Source: Verrucomicrobiota bacterium
GTDB taxonomy: Bacteria > Verrucomicrobiota > Kiritimatiellia > RFP12 > UBA1067
NCBI GenBank assembly: GCA_050874585.1
Contig: JBNMKZ010000004.1
Span: 7 to 64,006 of the forward strand
Reading direction: 5' to 3'
Length of the DNA stretch: 64,000 bases
Part shown: positions 38,145-49,946 of the stretch, piece after piece
Layout: each line of letters begins with the position of its first letter
How positions within the stretch are numbered: position 1 is the first letter of the stretch
Notes under the pieces: model-generated
Seen by the model: the letters and a program-made list of their open reading frames with translations, nothing else
Told to the model about the DNA's origin: nothing
Databases searched by the model: none
Translations under genes and position numbers: made by a program

Positions 38145-38647
38145 TTCGGAAGTTCTTGAAGATGGTTGTTCCGGCAGTCGCGCTGGCTGGTTGTGCATCC
38201 TACACATGGACATCGTCCATTCCGGCGGAGATGCGCACAATCTCGGTTCCGACTTTCCGCAATGAGAGTAAGGTGACGGAACTCGGCAATGTCGTTGCGC
38301 GGCAGATATTGCGCGAGGTTCAGCGTGAGGGAACTTTTAGGATTGAGTCCGCCGATGACGCAGTTCTTGAGATTCAGGGGGTTGTTAAGTCGGCTGGATC
38401 AAGCCATCTGGGTAGCGATCGGTCAACGGGACAACGGAACTCGATTCAGAGTCTTTCCGTGCAGGTGGTGGTCTCAGTCATCGACCACAAGAATGGAAAG
38501 GTCCTGATGGACAACCGTGTCTACGAGGCATCCGTTCCATTTGGGACGAGCGGCGACCTGATGACGGGCATGCGCAATGCATCTGGTCGTGTGGCGGAAG
38601 AAATCGCCGCACGCGTTATGGATGATGTCCTTGCGCTCAAGTTTTGA
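38141..38647 (+). CDS. lipoprotein, LptE-like
   Basis: Lipobox LAGC. 168 aa, with size and pattern similar to LptE. Confidence 0.55.
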   Translation: MIRKFLKMVVPAVALAGCASYTWTSSIPAEMRTISVPTFRNESKVTELGNVVARQILREVQREGTFRIESADDAVLEIQGVVKSAGSSHLGSDRSTGQRNSIQSLSVQVVVSVIDHKNGKVLMDNRVYEASVPFGTSGDLMTGMRNASGRVAEEIAARVMDDVLALKF

Positions 38648-38676
38648 CAGTTTAAAGCATTGAAGGAAAGAAGACC

Positions 38677-38985
38677 ATGAACGAAGTACATGCGGTAATT
38701 GAACTCAAGATTACGCCCCAGCGTGATTGTGGCTTTGGCAAGATTGCCGAGAAGGTTTCGAAGTTCGAGCAGGTTGAGGCCTGTTTCTTGATGTCTGGCG
38801 GCTATGATCTGCTGGTGTTTGTCAAGGGTGACAGTCTTCAGGATGTGGCGCAGTTCGTTGCGGCGGATCTTTCGACGCTTGACGGTGTGCTGTCAACCTC
38901 GACGCATTTCATGCTGAAGACCTATAAGCAGAAGGGCATTCTCGACCTTCCCGAGGACGATGGGCGTTTGGCGGTGACGCCCTAA
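38677..38985 (+). CDS. Lrp/AsnC ligand-binding-domain protein (stand-alone RAM domain)
   Basis: 102 aa with a beta-alpha-beta-beta-alpha-beta RAM-like sequence and no HTH. Confidence 0.75.
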   Translation: MNEVHAVIELKITPQRDCGFGKIAEKVSKFEQVEACFLMSGGYDLLVFVKGDSLQDVAQFVAADLSTLDGVLSTSTHFMLKTYKQKGILDLPEDDGRLAVTP

Positions 38986-39006
38986 CAGCGAGAGGAGCGT
39001 GTAAAG

Positions 39007-40398
39007 ATGGCAGTCGATTTGGCGCAGAAGGCCCAGAATTTCACCAATCGCGGGCGGCAGGCCCTTGAGACGGGTCGGTATGACCTTGCGGTTGACATGC
39101 TGATGGAGGCGGTTGCGGCAGCACCGGATGTCCTTGAGACGCGGCGCCTGTTGCGGACGGCTCAGATTGCTAACTTCAGAAAGAACGGCAAAGCCGGCTT
39201 CGGTGCGAAACTTGGCTATATGCTGGCGCGGCAGAAGATTCTCGGTCTCGCCAAGAAGGGCAAGGGAGCTGAGGCGATGGCTGAGGCTGAGAAACTCCTT
39301 TGCCAGAATCCGTTGGATGCGGACAACATCGAGGCGGCGGTCAAGGCGGCTGAGGCCGCTGGAAAGGCGGATCACGCCGCCATTTCGATTGAGGCGGCCT
39401 ATGAATGTAGCAATAAGGATCCTTCGCTTTTGGAACGTGTGGCAACCTACTACACGATGGCCAAGCGGTGGGACAAGGCCCGCGATGCCTACCAGAAGCT
39501 CTCGGAACTGAAGCCCGGCGACCAACGTGTGATGCAGTTGCTCAAGAATGCCGAGGCGCAGGCAACGATGAATGCCGGGTGGGAGCAGACGGCCGGCAAG
39601 AAGGGCGGCTTCCAGAATCTCATCGCCAATAAGGAGCAGGCGAAGCGTCTTGATCAGGCGAACAAGGCGGTCGTGACGGGTTCGGATGCCGATGCGCTCA
39701 TTGCCGAGAAGCTCGCGCAGATTGAAAAGGAACCGAAGAATATGAACTACCGCCGCGCCCTGGCGCGACTCTATGTTCAGAACAAGCGGTTCGCGGAGGC
39801 GATTGACTGCCTGTCGAAGGCGATTGAGGCGGCGGGTTCCATGGACCCTGAACTCGATCGGATGCTCTCCCAGACGCGAGTTCAGTACTACGACCAGCAG
39901 ATTGACGCGCTGAAGGCTGAGGGCAAGACGGAGGATGCCGAACAGCTTGAGGGCGAGAAGAACCAGTTTGTGTTTGACGATCTCGCTGCGCGCGTTGAGC
40001 GCTATCCGAACGACCTGCATTTGCGCTATGAACTGGGTGTCCAGTATTTCACCTATGGCTATTACGACGAGGCGCTTGAGCACCTCCAGTTGGCGCAGAA
40101 GAGTCCGAAGGACCGTCTTTGGGCACTCTATTACCTGGCGATGTGCTTCCTGATGAAGGGTCAGTCCGACATGGCCGTCATGCAGCTTGAGACGGCTCGT
40201 GACCAGATTCCGACGATGGATGACCTGAAGAAGAAAGTCGTCTATCGACTGGGGCTTTGCGCCGAGGAGGCTGGAGATCTTGAAAAGGCCTACCAGTACT
40301 ACAAGGATGTCTATTCAACGGATGTCGGGTTTGAGGACTTGTCGGATCGTATGCTGGCGGTCAGTCAGGCCCTCAAGGAACGGCAACAGCAGGGTTGA
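39007..40398 (+). CDS. tetratricopeptide-repeat protein
   Basis: 463 aa with multiple TPR-like repeats. Confidence 0.75.
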   Translation: MAVDLAQKAQNFTNRGRQALETGRYDLAVDMLMEAVAAAPDVLETRRLLRTAQIANFRKNGKAGFGAKLGYMLARQKILGLAKKGKGAEAMAEAEKLLCQNPLDADNIEAAVKAAEAAGKADHAAISIEAAYECSNKDPSLLERVATYYTMAKRWDKARDAYQKLSELKPGDQRVMQLLKNAEAQATMNAGWEQTAGKKGGFQNLIANKEQAKRLDQANKAVVTGSDADALIAEKLAQIEKEPKNMNYRRALARLYVQNKRFAEAIDCLSKAIEAAGSMDPELDRMLSQTRVQYYDQQIDALKAEGKTEDAEQLEGEKNQFVFDDLAARVERYPNDLHLRYELGVQYFTYGYYDEALEHLQLAQKSPKDRLWALYYLAMCFLMKGQSDMAVMQLETARDQIPTMDDLKKKVVYRLGLCAEEAGDLEKAYQYYKDVYSTDVGFEDLSDRMLAVSQALKERQQQG

Positions 40399-40496
40399 CG
40401 TTCATGGGGCGGGCGACGGGTTTTCCCGTCGCCCGTACTCATTGAAGGTGCGGGTATATAAGATGGAAAACCATCGCTCAGTGATCAAGTGGGAAG

Positions 40497-40571
40497 TGGC
40501 AGCCCCAAGGAGAGTCGAACTCCTCTACCAAGCATGAAAAGCTCGTGTCCTAGCCGATAGACGATGGGGCC
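40497..40571 (-). tRNA. tRNA-Glu (anticodon UUC), encoded CCA
   Basis: The reverse complement GGCCCCATCGTCTATCGG...CGAGC-TTTTCAT-GCTTG...TTCGACT...GGGGCTGCCA folds as a cloverleaf. Confidence 0.9.
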
Positions 40572-40587
40572 GTTTCAACAGGCGGAA

Positions 40588-40596
40588 AGTATATCA
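40588..40596 (-). promoter_or_regulatory. extended -10 TGATATACT for tRNA-Glu
   Basis: Same -10 sequence and similar spacing (16 nt) as the tRNA-Cys promoter. Confidence 0.55.
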
Positions 40597-40629
40597 TAAT
40601 TTGGATGATGAAATCAAGGGGGTACTTGA

Positions 40630-41736
40630 GTGACTGAACAAGAGGCCTATGTGGCGTTCAATCTCGCCGAGCGGGTCGGTTCCGTTACGGTCGAGAAACT
40701 GGTGTCTCGATATGGGTCGGTCGTTGCCGCCTGGGAGAATTTTCCGAAGAAAGTGGCGCGGAATGGTGGCGAGATCGACTGGCGGCGCGAGTTCTCCATC
40801 GCTGCAAAATATCATGTGACGATTCTGACGCCGGCGGACGCAGATTATCCGGAGATTCTGCTGAAGACGCAGGGGCATCCGCTCGTGCTCTATGTCATGG
40901 GGGATGTCGCGGCACTTTCGAAAGCGGCTATTGCCATTGTCGGGACACGTCGTGCGACGGCCTATGGTCGCGATCAGGCCAATCGGTTTGGGTATGAACT
41001 TGCCAGCAACGGTTGGTGTATTGTGTCGGGGTTGGCCCTTGGCGTAGATGCCGAAGCGCATCGTGGAGCCTTGGATGCGGGAGGTGTGACGGTTGCTGTG
41101 CTGGGTTCGGCGCTTGATCGCCTCTATCCCGAGGAGAACCGTGAATTGGCCCGCGAGATCGTAAAAAAGGGCGGGGCCGTGGTGAGTGAGTTCCCCTTTG
41201 GCCGGGAACCCGACAATCAGACGTTCCCTCAGCGGAACCATGTGGTCGCTGCACTTGCGAGTGGGGTTCTCGCCGTTGAGGCTCCGTCCAAGAGCGGAAC
41301 CTTGATTACAGTTGGGTTCGCGACGACACTTGGACGTACGTGCATGGCCGTGCCGGGGCGAGTGGACAGTCCGGCAAGCGCGGGTTGCCTGAAACTGATT
41401 CGAGACGGTGTGACGCTTGTGCGATGCGCGGCGGATGTGCAGGAAGCAATGTCCAATTTGTTGCCTCAGAGTAGCAGGAGAGTTGGAAAAGAGGATGCCG
41501 CACCGTCGAATCCCGTTGTAAAGAAGTCGCCGATTGTTGTGGAGCCGCCGAAGTTCTCACTTGAGGAGTCGATGATTATGCGGGAGGTTGATGCAGCGGG
41601 CGTTTCAATGGACCATCTGGTCGGGTGCACGGGACTGTCCGAGTCAAAGGTTGCCACGCTTTGCATGACCCTTCGGCTGAAGGGGCGGTTGCGCTACTTG
41701 CCGGGCAATCGGGTGGCCCTGCCGCGCCAACCCTGA
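40630..41736 (+). CDS. dprA: DNA processing protein DprA
   Basis: DprA Rossmann core (GTRRATAYG, SGLALGVDAEAHRGAL). GTG start. Confidence 0.9.
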   Translation: MTEQEAYVAFNLAERVGSVTVEKLVSRYGSVVAAWENFPKKVARNGGEIDWRREFSIAAKYHVTILTPADADYPEILLKTQGHPLVLYVMGDVAALSKAAIAIVGTRRATAYGRDQANRFGYELASNGWCIVSGLALGVDAEAHRGALDAGGVTVAVLGSALDRLYPEENRELAREIVKKGGAVVSEFPFGREPDNQTFPQRNHVVAALASGVLAVEAPSKSGTLITVGFATTLGRTCMAVPGRVDSPASAGCLKLIRDGVTLVRCAADVQEAMSNLLPQSSRRVGKEDAAPSNPVVKKSPIVVEPPKFSLEESMIMREVDAAGVSMDHLVGCTGLSESKVATLCMTLRLKGRLRYLPGNRVALPRQP

Positions 41737-41773
41737 CGGTGGAATCATAGAAAACAGAAAGACAAACGAAGTA

Positions 41774-42415
41774 GTGAAGATGAAAGAAGAGACGAATGCC
41801 TACATATTCGACATGGACGGTACATTGATCAACAACTGCCGCTATCACATCATCGCCTGGCAGGAGTTCTCGCGGCGATATGGGCACGAACTGACAGCCC
41901 GTGAAATCATTGATTGGATGGGGGCCCCTAATACCTATTATTGTGAGCAGATTTTCGGTCGTCCGCTTTCGCCGGATGAACTGGCTCGGTTGGGCGAGGA
42001 GAAGGAGCAAATCTATCGGGAACTGTTTGCGCCACATTTGCGCTTGCCCGATGGGCTTCGTGCGTTCCTTGACCGTGCCCATGCCGAAGGCATCCCATGT
42101 GCCGTAGCGACGGGAGGTCCGAAGGAAAACGTTGATTTCGTTCTGGATGGGCTTGCCATTCGCAAGGATTTCGAGGTTGTCATCGATGCGTCGTGCTATA
42201 CGCACGGGAAGCCGGCACCGGATTGTTTCTTGGCTGCGGCAAGCCGACTGGGCGTCTCGGCTGGACGATGCACCGTTTTCGAGGATGCGGTGGCTGGCAT
42301 CCGTGCCGCCAAGGCGGCTGGTATGCGGGTCATTGCCGTCACGTTTACAAATCCGCGTACCACATTGCTTGCCGAAGCCCCCGATCAAATCATTGACTCG
42401 TATACGGAACTCTGA
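41774..42415 (+). CDS. HAD-family hydrolase (beta-phosphoglucomutase-like)
   Basis: DMDGTL motif I, cap domain, and motif VFEDAVAGIRAAKAAGM. Confidence 0.85.
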   Translation: MKMKEETNAYIFDMDGTLINNCRYHIIAWQEFSRRYGHELTAREIIDWMGAPNTYYCEQIFGRPLSPDELARLGEEKEQIYRELFAPHLRLPDGLRAFLDRAHAEGIPCAVATGGPKENVDFVLDGLAIRKDFEVVIDASCYTHGKPAPDCFLAAASRLGVSAGRCTVFEDAVAGIRAAKAAGMRVIAVTFTNPRTTLLAEAPDQIIDSYTEL

Positions 42416-42432
42416 ATGGGGATTGCCCCATG

Positions 42433-42441
42433 TGGTATAAT
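42433..42441 (+). promoter_or_regulatory. extended -10 TGGTATAAT
   Basis: Ends 11 nt before ATG 42453. Confidence 0.55.
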
Positions 42442-42452
42442 CTTCCGCCCGT

Positions 42453-43394
42453 ATGGAAAATTTCTTGGTTGTTGCGCGGCAGGTTGCCGTTCTGTTTGCA
42501 CTGATTGGTGTTGGGGCCGTTTGTCGGCGGATGCACCTTTTGGGCGCGTCCGCCGTGCGGGGAATGGTCAATGTTCTTCTTCTCCTCGTCACACCGTGCC
42601 TGATTGTGGATGCATTTCAGCGTCCGTTTGATTCGTCCATGTTGGCGCAGCTGGGACTGGCGTTCTTGATTGCGTTGGCTTTGCATGCGGTGCTCATTCT
42701 ATTGGCGCACATTCTCATCCGGACGGGGCGGGCTTCGACAGAGACCGTTTTGCGGTTGGCCGTCGTCTTCTCGAATGCGGGTTTTATGGGCATTCCGCTT
42801 GAGCAGGCCGTACTGGGGGATGAAGGCGTGTTCTTCGGCATCATATATGTTGCGGTCTTCAATGTGATGGTCTGGAGTTGGGGCTTGCGGGTTATGCGGG
42901 GGACGGATAGCAGAAGCGCGGAGAGCCGTGGTCCATGGGTCATGTTCGTCAATCCAGGAACGGTTGGCCTGATGCTTGGGCTCCCGCTTTTCCTCTTCTC
43001 GGTTAGCCTGCCGGAGATTGTGCACACGCCAGTTCGGATGATGGCATCTCTGAATACGCCGTTGGCGATGCTGGTCATCGGCTACTATTTGGCAGGAGCA
43101 CACCTTGGGGCGGTTGTGCGCAACCTGTCGGCCTATGAGGCGGCGATTATGCGCCTCATCATCTGCCCATTGGCTCTGACATTTGCGCTCTATCCTTTCC
43201 GTGGCCAATTGGATAGGGTCATGATGCTCTCCCTTGTGGCCGCCGCGTCCGCTCCTGTTGCGGCTACGGTTACGATGTTTGCTTCGAAATATGGTCGGGA
43301 TGTCGACCTGTCGGTTGGCGTTGTAAGCGGCACGACCATTCTCAGTATTGTGACGATGCCGACTGTCATTGCACTTGCCATGAGTGTTCTTTAA
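42453..43394 (+). CDS. AEC (auxin efflux carrier) family transporter
   Basis: 313 aa, about 10 TM helices, AEC-like. Confidence 0.85.
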   Translation: MENFLVVARQVAVLFALIGVGAVCRRMHLLGASAVRGMVNVLLLLVTPCLIVDAFQRPFDSSMLAQLGLAFLIALALHAVLILLAHILIRTGRASTETVLRLAVVFSNAGFMGIPLEQAVLGDEGVFFGIIYVAVFNVMVWSWGLRVMRGTDSRSAESRGPWVMFVNPGTVGLMLGLPLFLFSVSLPEIVHTPVRMMASLNTPLAMLVIGYYLAGAHLGAVVRNLSAYEAAIMRLIICPLALTFALYPFRGQLDRVMMLSLVAAASAPVAATVTMFASKYGRDVDLSVGVVSGTTILSIVTMPTVIALAMSVL

Positions 43395-43432
43395 TCACCT
43401 ATACATTATATAGTAGTATAAGGAGCGTCGAA

Positions 43433-44005
43433 ATGAATGAGATGATGAAGAAAGCGGCTGAAGGTCTGATGCGGCGTGGATTTGAGGTCACTCTTGTGGC
43501 GAGCAAAGAGGCGGCGACCGAACTCATCCTTCGTGAGGCAGTTTCGGCGGCATCCGTCGGCTGGGGTGGAAGCGAGACCATTAAGGCTCTTGGCGTTCGC
43601 GAGCGGCTGGCCGCCGAAGGAAAGGAAATCCGTGATCACCAGCTGGTGATGGACCTTTTTCTCCTGAGTGCGAACGCGTTGACAGTGGACGGCCGTATCG
43701 TGAATATCGACGGGCGCGGCAATCGCGTGGCGGCCTCAATTACGGGGCCAGGGCGCGTCATTTATGTCGTGGGACGAAATAAGATTGTCGATGGGGGCGT
43801 GGACGCGGCAATCGCCCGCATTCGCAAGTTCGCCTGTCCTCCGAATTGCCGACGATTGGGTAAGCGGACGCCCTGTGCGCTGACGGGAAGGTGCGAAAAC
43901 TGCGACTCACCAGACCGAATCTGCCGCGTTATCGCCATATTTGAGCGTCGGCCGACTGCAACACCAACGCACGTCATTCTTGTTGACGAGGATCTCGGCT
44001 ACTGA
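43433..44005 (+). CDS. LUD-domain (lactate utilization B/C-like) protein
   Basis: 190 aa, LutC/YkgG-like pattern, with a C-terminal Cys cluster. Confidence 0.7.
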   Translation: MNEMMKKAAEGLMRRGFEVTLVASKEAATELILREAVSAASVGWGGSETIKALGVRERLAAEGKEIRDHQLVMDLFLLSANALTVDGRIVNIDGRGNRVAASITGPGRVIYVVGRNKIVDGGVDAAIARIRKFACPPNCRRLGKRTPCALTGRCENCDSPDRICRVIAIFERRPTATPTHVILVDEDLGY

Positions 44006-44040
44006 GTTTTCATGCGGGACTTGGGCATTGCCCAATCAGG

Positions 44041-44082
44041 GACAGGTGGGACATTCTGTTACGGTTGAATGTCCCACCTGTC
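44041..44082 (+). terminator. perfect 16-bp inverted repeat hairpin, probably a terminator (weak U-tract)
   Basis: GACAGGTGGGACATTC, 10-nt loop, GAATGTCCCACCTGTC. Starts 36 nt after the LUD-gene stop. Confidence 0.55.
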
Positions 44083-44189
44083 GCATTATTCGCGGAAAAT
44101 GGTGGCGGAATGTAGGTCTTGAACGGATGGCATGCGCTCTGCTACACTATGGGTGACACCCGTGGTGGGTGCAGAAAGAAGAAGAAAAT

Positions 44190-46130
44190 ATGGCAAAAGT
44201 ACTTGGTATTGACTTGGGAACGACCAACAGCTGCATGGCTGTGATGGAAGGTGGCGAGGCGGTCGTTATTCCCAATAAGGAGGGTGCGCGCACGACTCCG
44301 TCCATTGTCGCTTTCACGAAGACGGGTGAGATTCTTGTCGGCCAGGCGGCGAAGCGTCAGGCTGTAACGAATCCCCACTCGACTATTTATTCGATTAAGC
44401 GGTTCATTGGTCGTCGCTTTGATGAGATGACGGACGAAATCAAGATGGTTCCGTACAAGGTTGTCGCGGCGCCGAATGGCGATGCGGCAGTTGAGGTGAA
44501 CGGCAAGGTCTACACGGCGCAGGAAATCTCCGCCATGGTTCTCCGCAAACTGAAGGAGGATGCGGAGGCCTTCTTGGGTGAGAAGATTACTGAGGCAGTG
44601 ATTACGGTTCCGGCCTACTTCAACGACCAGCAGCGTCAGGCGACAAAGGACGCGGGCAAGATTGCGGGTCTTGATGTGAAGCGCATCGTGAACGAGCCGA
44701 CGGCGGCTTCGCTGGCGTATGGTCTCGACAAGAAGAAAAACGAGAAGATTGCGGTCTACGACTTCGGTGGTGGTACGTTTGATATCTCAATCCTTGATAT
44801 TGGCGATGGTGTCTTTGAGGTGAAGGCCACGAATGGTGATACCCATTTGGGTGGTGATGACCTCGATCAGGCGATTATGAAGTGGATGATCGCCGACTTC
44901 AAGGCTAAGGAAGGCATTGACCTCGGCAACGATATGATGGCCCTTCAGCGTCTGAAAGAGGAGGCTGAAAAGGCGAAGTGCGCGCTTTCGAGTGCCACGA
45001 CCTATGACATCAACCTGCCGTTCATCACGGCGGATGCGACTGGCCCGAAGCACCTGACGACGACCTTGACGCGCTCGATTCTTGAGACGCTGACGATGGA
45101 TCTTGTCAACCGCACGAGTGAGCCGTGCCGCAAGTGCATGGCCGATGCCGACTTGTCTTCGGTCGATGAGGTCGTGCTGGTCGGTGGTCAGACGCGTATG
45201 CCGCTCATTCAGGAGAAGGCGAAGAGCCTGTTCGGCAAGGAACCCCACAAGGGCGTGAACCCCGATGAGGTGGTGGCGATGGGTGCGGCCATTCAGGGCG
45301 GCATTCTGAAGGGCGAGGTCAAGGATGTGTTGCTGTTGGATGTGACGCCGTTGACGCTTGGTATTGAGACGCTGGGCGGTGTGATGACTCCGCTCATTGA
45401 GCGTAACACGACGATCCCGACGAAGAAGTCGCAGGTCTTCTCGACGGCTGCTGATAACCAGCCGGCCGTGACGATTGCGATTTTCCAGGGCGACCGCAAG
45501 ATGGCGCGTGACAACAAGAGCCTTGGTAACTTCAACTTGGACGGCATTCCGCCGGCTCCGCGTGGGGTTCCTCAGATTGAGGTGACCTTTGATATTGATG
45601 CGAACGGCATCTTGAACGTCTCGGCAAAGGATCTTGGCACTCAAAAGGAGCAGAAGATCACGATTACTGCGGCGGGCGGTCTCTCGAAAGAGGAGATTGA
45701 AAAGATGCGCAAGGATGCCGAAGCCCATGCGGCGGAAGACGAGAAGCGTCACGCCGAGGTTGAGGAGCGCAACAAGGCCGATGGTCTTGCCTTCCAGGTT
45801 GAGAAGACCCTGAAGGATGCGGGCGACAAGATTGCCGCCGATAAGAAGGCTCCGGTTGAGGCGGCCCTCAAGGCCCTCAAGGATGAGCTTGCCAAGAACC
45901 CGCCGGCTCCGATTGCCGACATCAAGGCGAAACAGGAAGCCCTCATGAAGGCGATGGAACCCGTTGCCCAGGAAATGTACGCTTCGGCGCAGGCCGGTCA
46001 GGCGGCTGGGGCTCAGCCGGGTGGCAATGCGAACCCGGGTGCGGGGACACCGCCGCCGAATCAGGGCGGTGATGCCGGTAAGGGCAAGAATGGCGACGAT
46101 GTCGTTGATGCCGACTTCACGATGAAGTAA
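44190..46130 (+). CDS. dnaK: molecular chaperone DnaK
   Basis: Internal ATG 44190. IDLGTTNS; Hsp70 throughout. Confidence 0.97.
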   Translation: MAKVLGIDLGTTNSCMAVMEGGEAVVIPNKEGARTTPSIVAFTKTGEILVGQAAKRQAVTNPHSTIYSIKRFIGRRFDEMTDEIKMVPYKVVAAPNGDAAVEVNGKVYTAQEISAMVLRKLKEDAEAFLGEKITEAVITVPAYFNDQQRQATKDAGKIAGLDVKRIVNEPTAASLAYGLDKKKNEKIAVYDFGGGTFDISILDIGDGVFEVKATNGDTHLGGDDLDQAIMKWMIADFKAKEGIDLGNDMMALQRLKEEAEKAKCALSSATTYDINLPFITADATGPKHLTTTLTRSILETLTMDLVNRTSEPCRKCMADADLSSVDEVVLVGGQTRMPLIQEKAKSLFGKEPHKGVNPDEVVAMGAAIQGGILKGEVKDVLLLDVTPLTLGIETLGGVMTPLIERNTTIPTKKSQVFSTAADNQPAVTIAIFQGDRKMARDNKSLGNFNLDGIPPAPRGVPQIEVTFDIDANGILNVSAKDLGTQKEQKITITAAGGLSKEEIEKMRKDAEAHAAEDEKRHAEVEERNKADGLAFQVEKTLKDAGDKIAADKKAPVEAALKALKDELAKNPPAPIADIKAKQEALMKAMEPVAQEMYASAQAGQAAGAQPGGNANPGAGTPPPNQGGDAGKGKNGDDVVDADFTMK

Positions 46131-46182
46131 GGCGCGGCGAAAACGAAACGATTGAAGCAAAGGCAAATAAAAGGAGAATAAA

Positions 46183-48167
<1,985 letters not shown>

Positions 48168-48193
48168 TCCACCCTGTTGCGGAACAAACAGGA

Positions 48194-48231
48194 GGCCACG
48201 GACATCCACGGGATGTCCGTGGCCTTTTTTT
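48194..48231 (+). terminator. rho-independent terminator
   Basis: 14-bp stem GGCCACGGACATCC / GGATGTCCGTGGCC followed by 7 T. Confidence 0.9.
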
Positions 48232-48274
48232 AGAGTGCTCGTTTACTTGTCTGGCTGTGTATGGGGCGTACATT

Positions 48275-48283
48275 TGGTATAAT
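48275..48283 (+). promoter_or_regulatory. extended -10 TGGTATAAT, leaderless
   Basis: TATAAT ends 6 nt before ATG 48290. Confidence 0.6.
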
Positions 48284-48289
48284 GTGCAC

Positions 48290-49168
48290 ATGAAACGCAT
48301 CTTGATTACGGGCGGAACGGGATTCTTCGGGAAGTCGATCATCGACTACTTTTCGCAGCATCCCGCTGAGGTGGATCTAACGGTCCTCTCGCGGCATGGT
48401 TTTGACGCGGCGTTTTCGCCTTTGCTTCCCGTTCATATTCTTACGGGGGATGTGAGAACCTTTGATGTTGGGTCGGCACATTTCGACTGGGTGATTCATG
48501 CGGCAACACCGGTGCGGGTGGATGTCCCCGACGAGGAGATGCGTTCAATTATCATTGATGGGACGGCGAATGCCATTTGTCAGGCAACCAAATGTGGCGC
48601 GGAGAAGTTTATGATGGTCTCATCCGGCGGCGTTTATGGAAGAGGACAGGAGGGGCCGATAGGAGAAGACTGCGCACCGTGCCCCGTGACGACCTATGGA
48701 AAGGCCAAGTTGGAGGCCGAGCAAATGGCCATTGACTCAGGACTTTTTACGCTGATTCCCCGTTGCTTTGCCTTTGTCGGGAAGTATCTTCCACGGGGTC
48801 AGCATTTTGCCATTGGGAACTTCCTGGCCGACTGTCAGGCTGGCCGCGAGATTGTCATTCGGGGAGATGGATTGCCCATGCGCTCCTACTTGTATGCGGA
48901 TGACCTTGTGGAATGGCTGTGGGCGATTTTGGCGCGTGGTGAATCGGGGCGCGTCTACAACGTAGGTTCGGATGAAGCGATTCGCATCCGAGACTTGGCC
49001 GCCCTCGTTCGCCGCGCTCTTGGGAGTACGAGCGAAATCCACGTCCTTGGCCAGACGGTTGCCGGCGCGGCGGATTATTATGTCCCGGATGTCTCGCGCA
49101 TCAAGGCAGAACTCGGGGTCGAGGTAAAGGTCGATCTCGCCGAAGCCTGTCGTCTGAGTCTCGCGTGA
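48290..49168 (+). CDS. NAD-dependent epimerase/dehydratase family protein
   Basis: TGGTGFFG Rossmann motif and a YxxxK region (YGKAK). Confidence 0.85.
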   Translation: MKRILITGGTGFFGKSIIDYFSQHPAEVDLTVLSRHGFDAAFSPLLPVHILTGDVRTFDVGSAHFDWVIHAATPVRVDVPDEEMRSIIIDGTANAICQATKCGAEKFMMVSSGGVYGRGQEGPIGEDCAPCPVTTYGKAKLEAEQMAIDSGLFTLIPRCFAFVGKYLPRGQHFAIGNFLADCQAGREIVIRGDGLPMRSYLYADDLVEWLWAILARGESGRVYNVGSDEAIRIRDLAALVRRALGSTSEIHVLGQTVAGAADYYVPDVSRIKAELGVEVKVDLAEACRLSLA

Positions 49169-49173
49169 GCGAG

Positions 49174-49866
49174 TCAGTCGTTCGGGGCCTTGGTGGTCTC
49201 CTGAATCCACACATTGCGGAACTCAATGGCCCCACCCTCGGATTGAAGGGCGATGGCACCGCGCAACGCGGCGATTCCTGAAATGCGGTTCTGCTCAACA
49301 CCGTTGAGTCGGTTGACGAGCGTATCCCCGGAAAGTTCAATCTCCATCACATTCCATTCGCCAAAGGGCTTTTCGTTGTCTGCATTGTGCCTGGGGGAGC
49401 GGATGATGCCAGACAGAGGATCGGAAGGCGTATAGGCCGAACGAGGGGTGAAACCTTCGAACACTGCGCCACCCAGGGCCAGCACGTCGCCCATCATACC
49501 GCGGCAAAGCTGATTCTCAAGACAGGACGGTACGAACGAACCCGTTTCACGCGAGAGACGGACGAACACGCCCGAGTTTGGACGCGTTGTCTGCCGCCAC
49601 CAGCGGTATTCGACATGGAGGGTGTAGTCACCGAAATCAGACCGCTTCGTTCGCAGGTAGCCGAATGGTGTTCCCGTTGTACGAATTGCGCCATTCGTCA
49701 CAAACCATGTGGGTTCGGAGGCCGCATAGCCCCCCGTCACGTCGTAGTCCTGGACGGATGTCCATCCGGAGAGATCTCGCCCATTGAAAAGCGGGATTTT
49801 CTCGGCATTCGCGAAAGTGGTGCCGCACAGGAGGACGGCGAACAGCATAGACGGTGCATATTTCAT
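49174..49866 (-). CDS. secreted DUF1080 (3-keto-disaccharide hydrolase-like) protein
   Basis: The internal start at 49866 gives the signal peptide MKYAPSMLFAVLLCGTTFANA. DUF1080-like pattern FNGRDLSGW...NSG. Confidence 0.8.
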   Translation of the reverse strand: MKYAPSMLFAVLLCGTTFANAEKIPLFNGRDLSGWTSVQDYDVTGGYAASEPTWFVTNGAIRTTGTPFGYLRTKRSDFGDYTLHVEYRWWRQTTRPNSGVFVRLSRETGSFVPSCLENQLCRGMMGDVLALGGAVFEGFTPRSAYTPSDPLSGIIRSPRHNADNEKPFGEWNVMEIELSGDTLVNRLNGVEQNRISGIAALRGAIALQSEGGAIEFRNVWIQETTKAPND

Positions 49867-49873
49867 GTCCACT

Positions 49874-49882
49874 ATTATACCA
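49874..49882 (-). promoter_or_regulatory. extended -10 TGGTATAAT (minus strand), leaderless
   Basis: TATAAT ends 7 nt before the start codon at 49866. Confidence 0.6.
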
Positions 49883-49904
49883 CGAACGGGTGATTCGGTG
49901 AATA

Positions 49905-49913
49905 TGGTATAAT
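49905..49913 (+). promoter_or_regulatory. extended -10 TGGTATAAT for the GH127 gene (divergent partner)
   Basis: 33 nt upstream of ATG 49947. Confidence 0.55.
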
Positions 49914-49946
49914 GTCCGTCCATTCAAGTTCTATAGGATTGACCGA

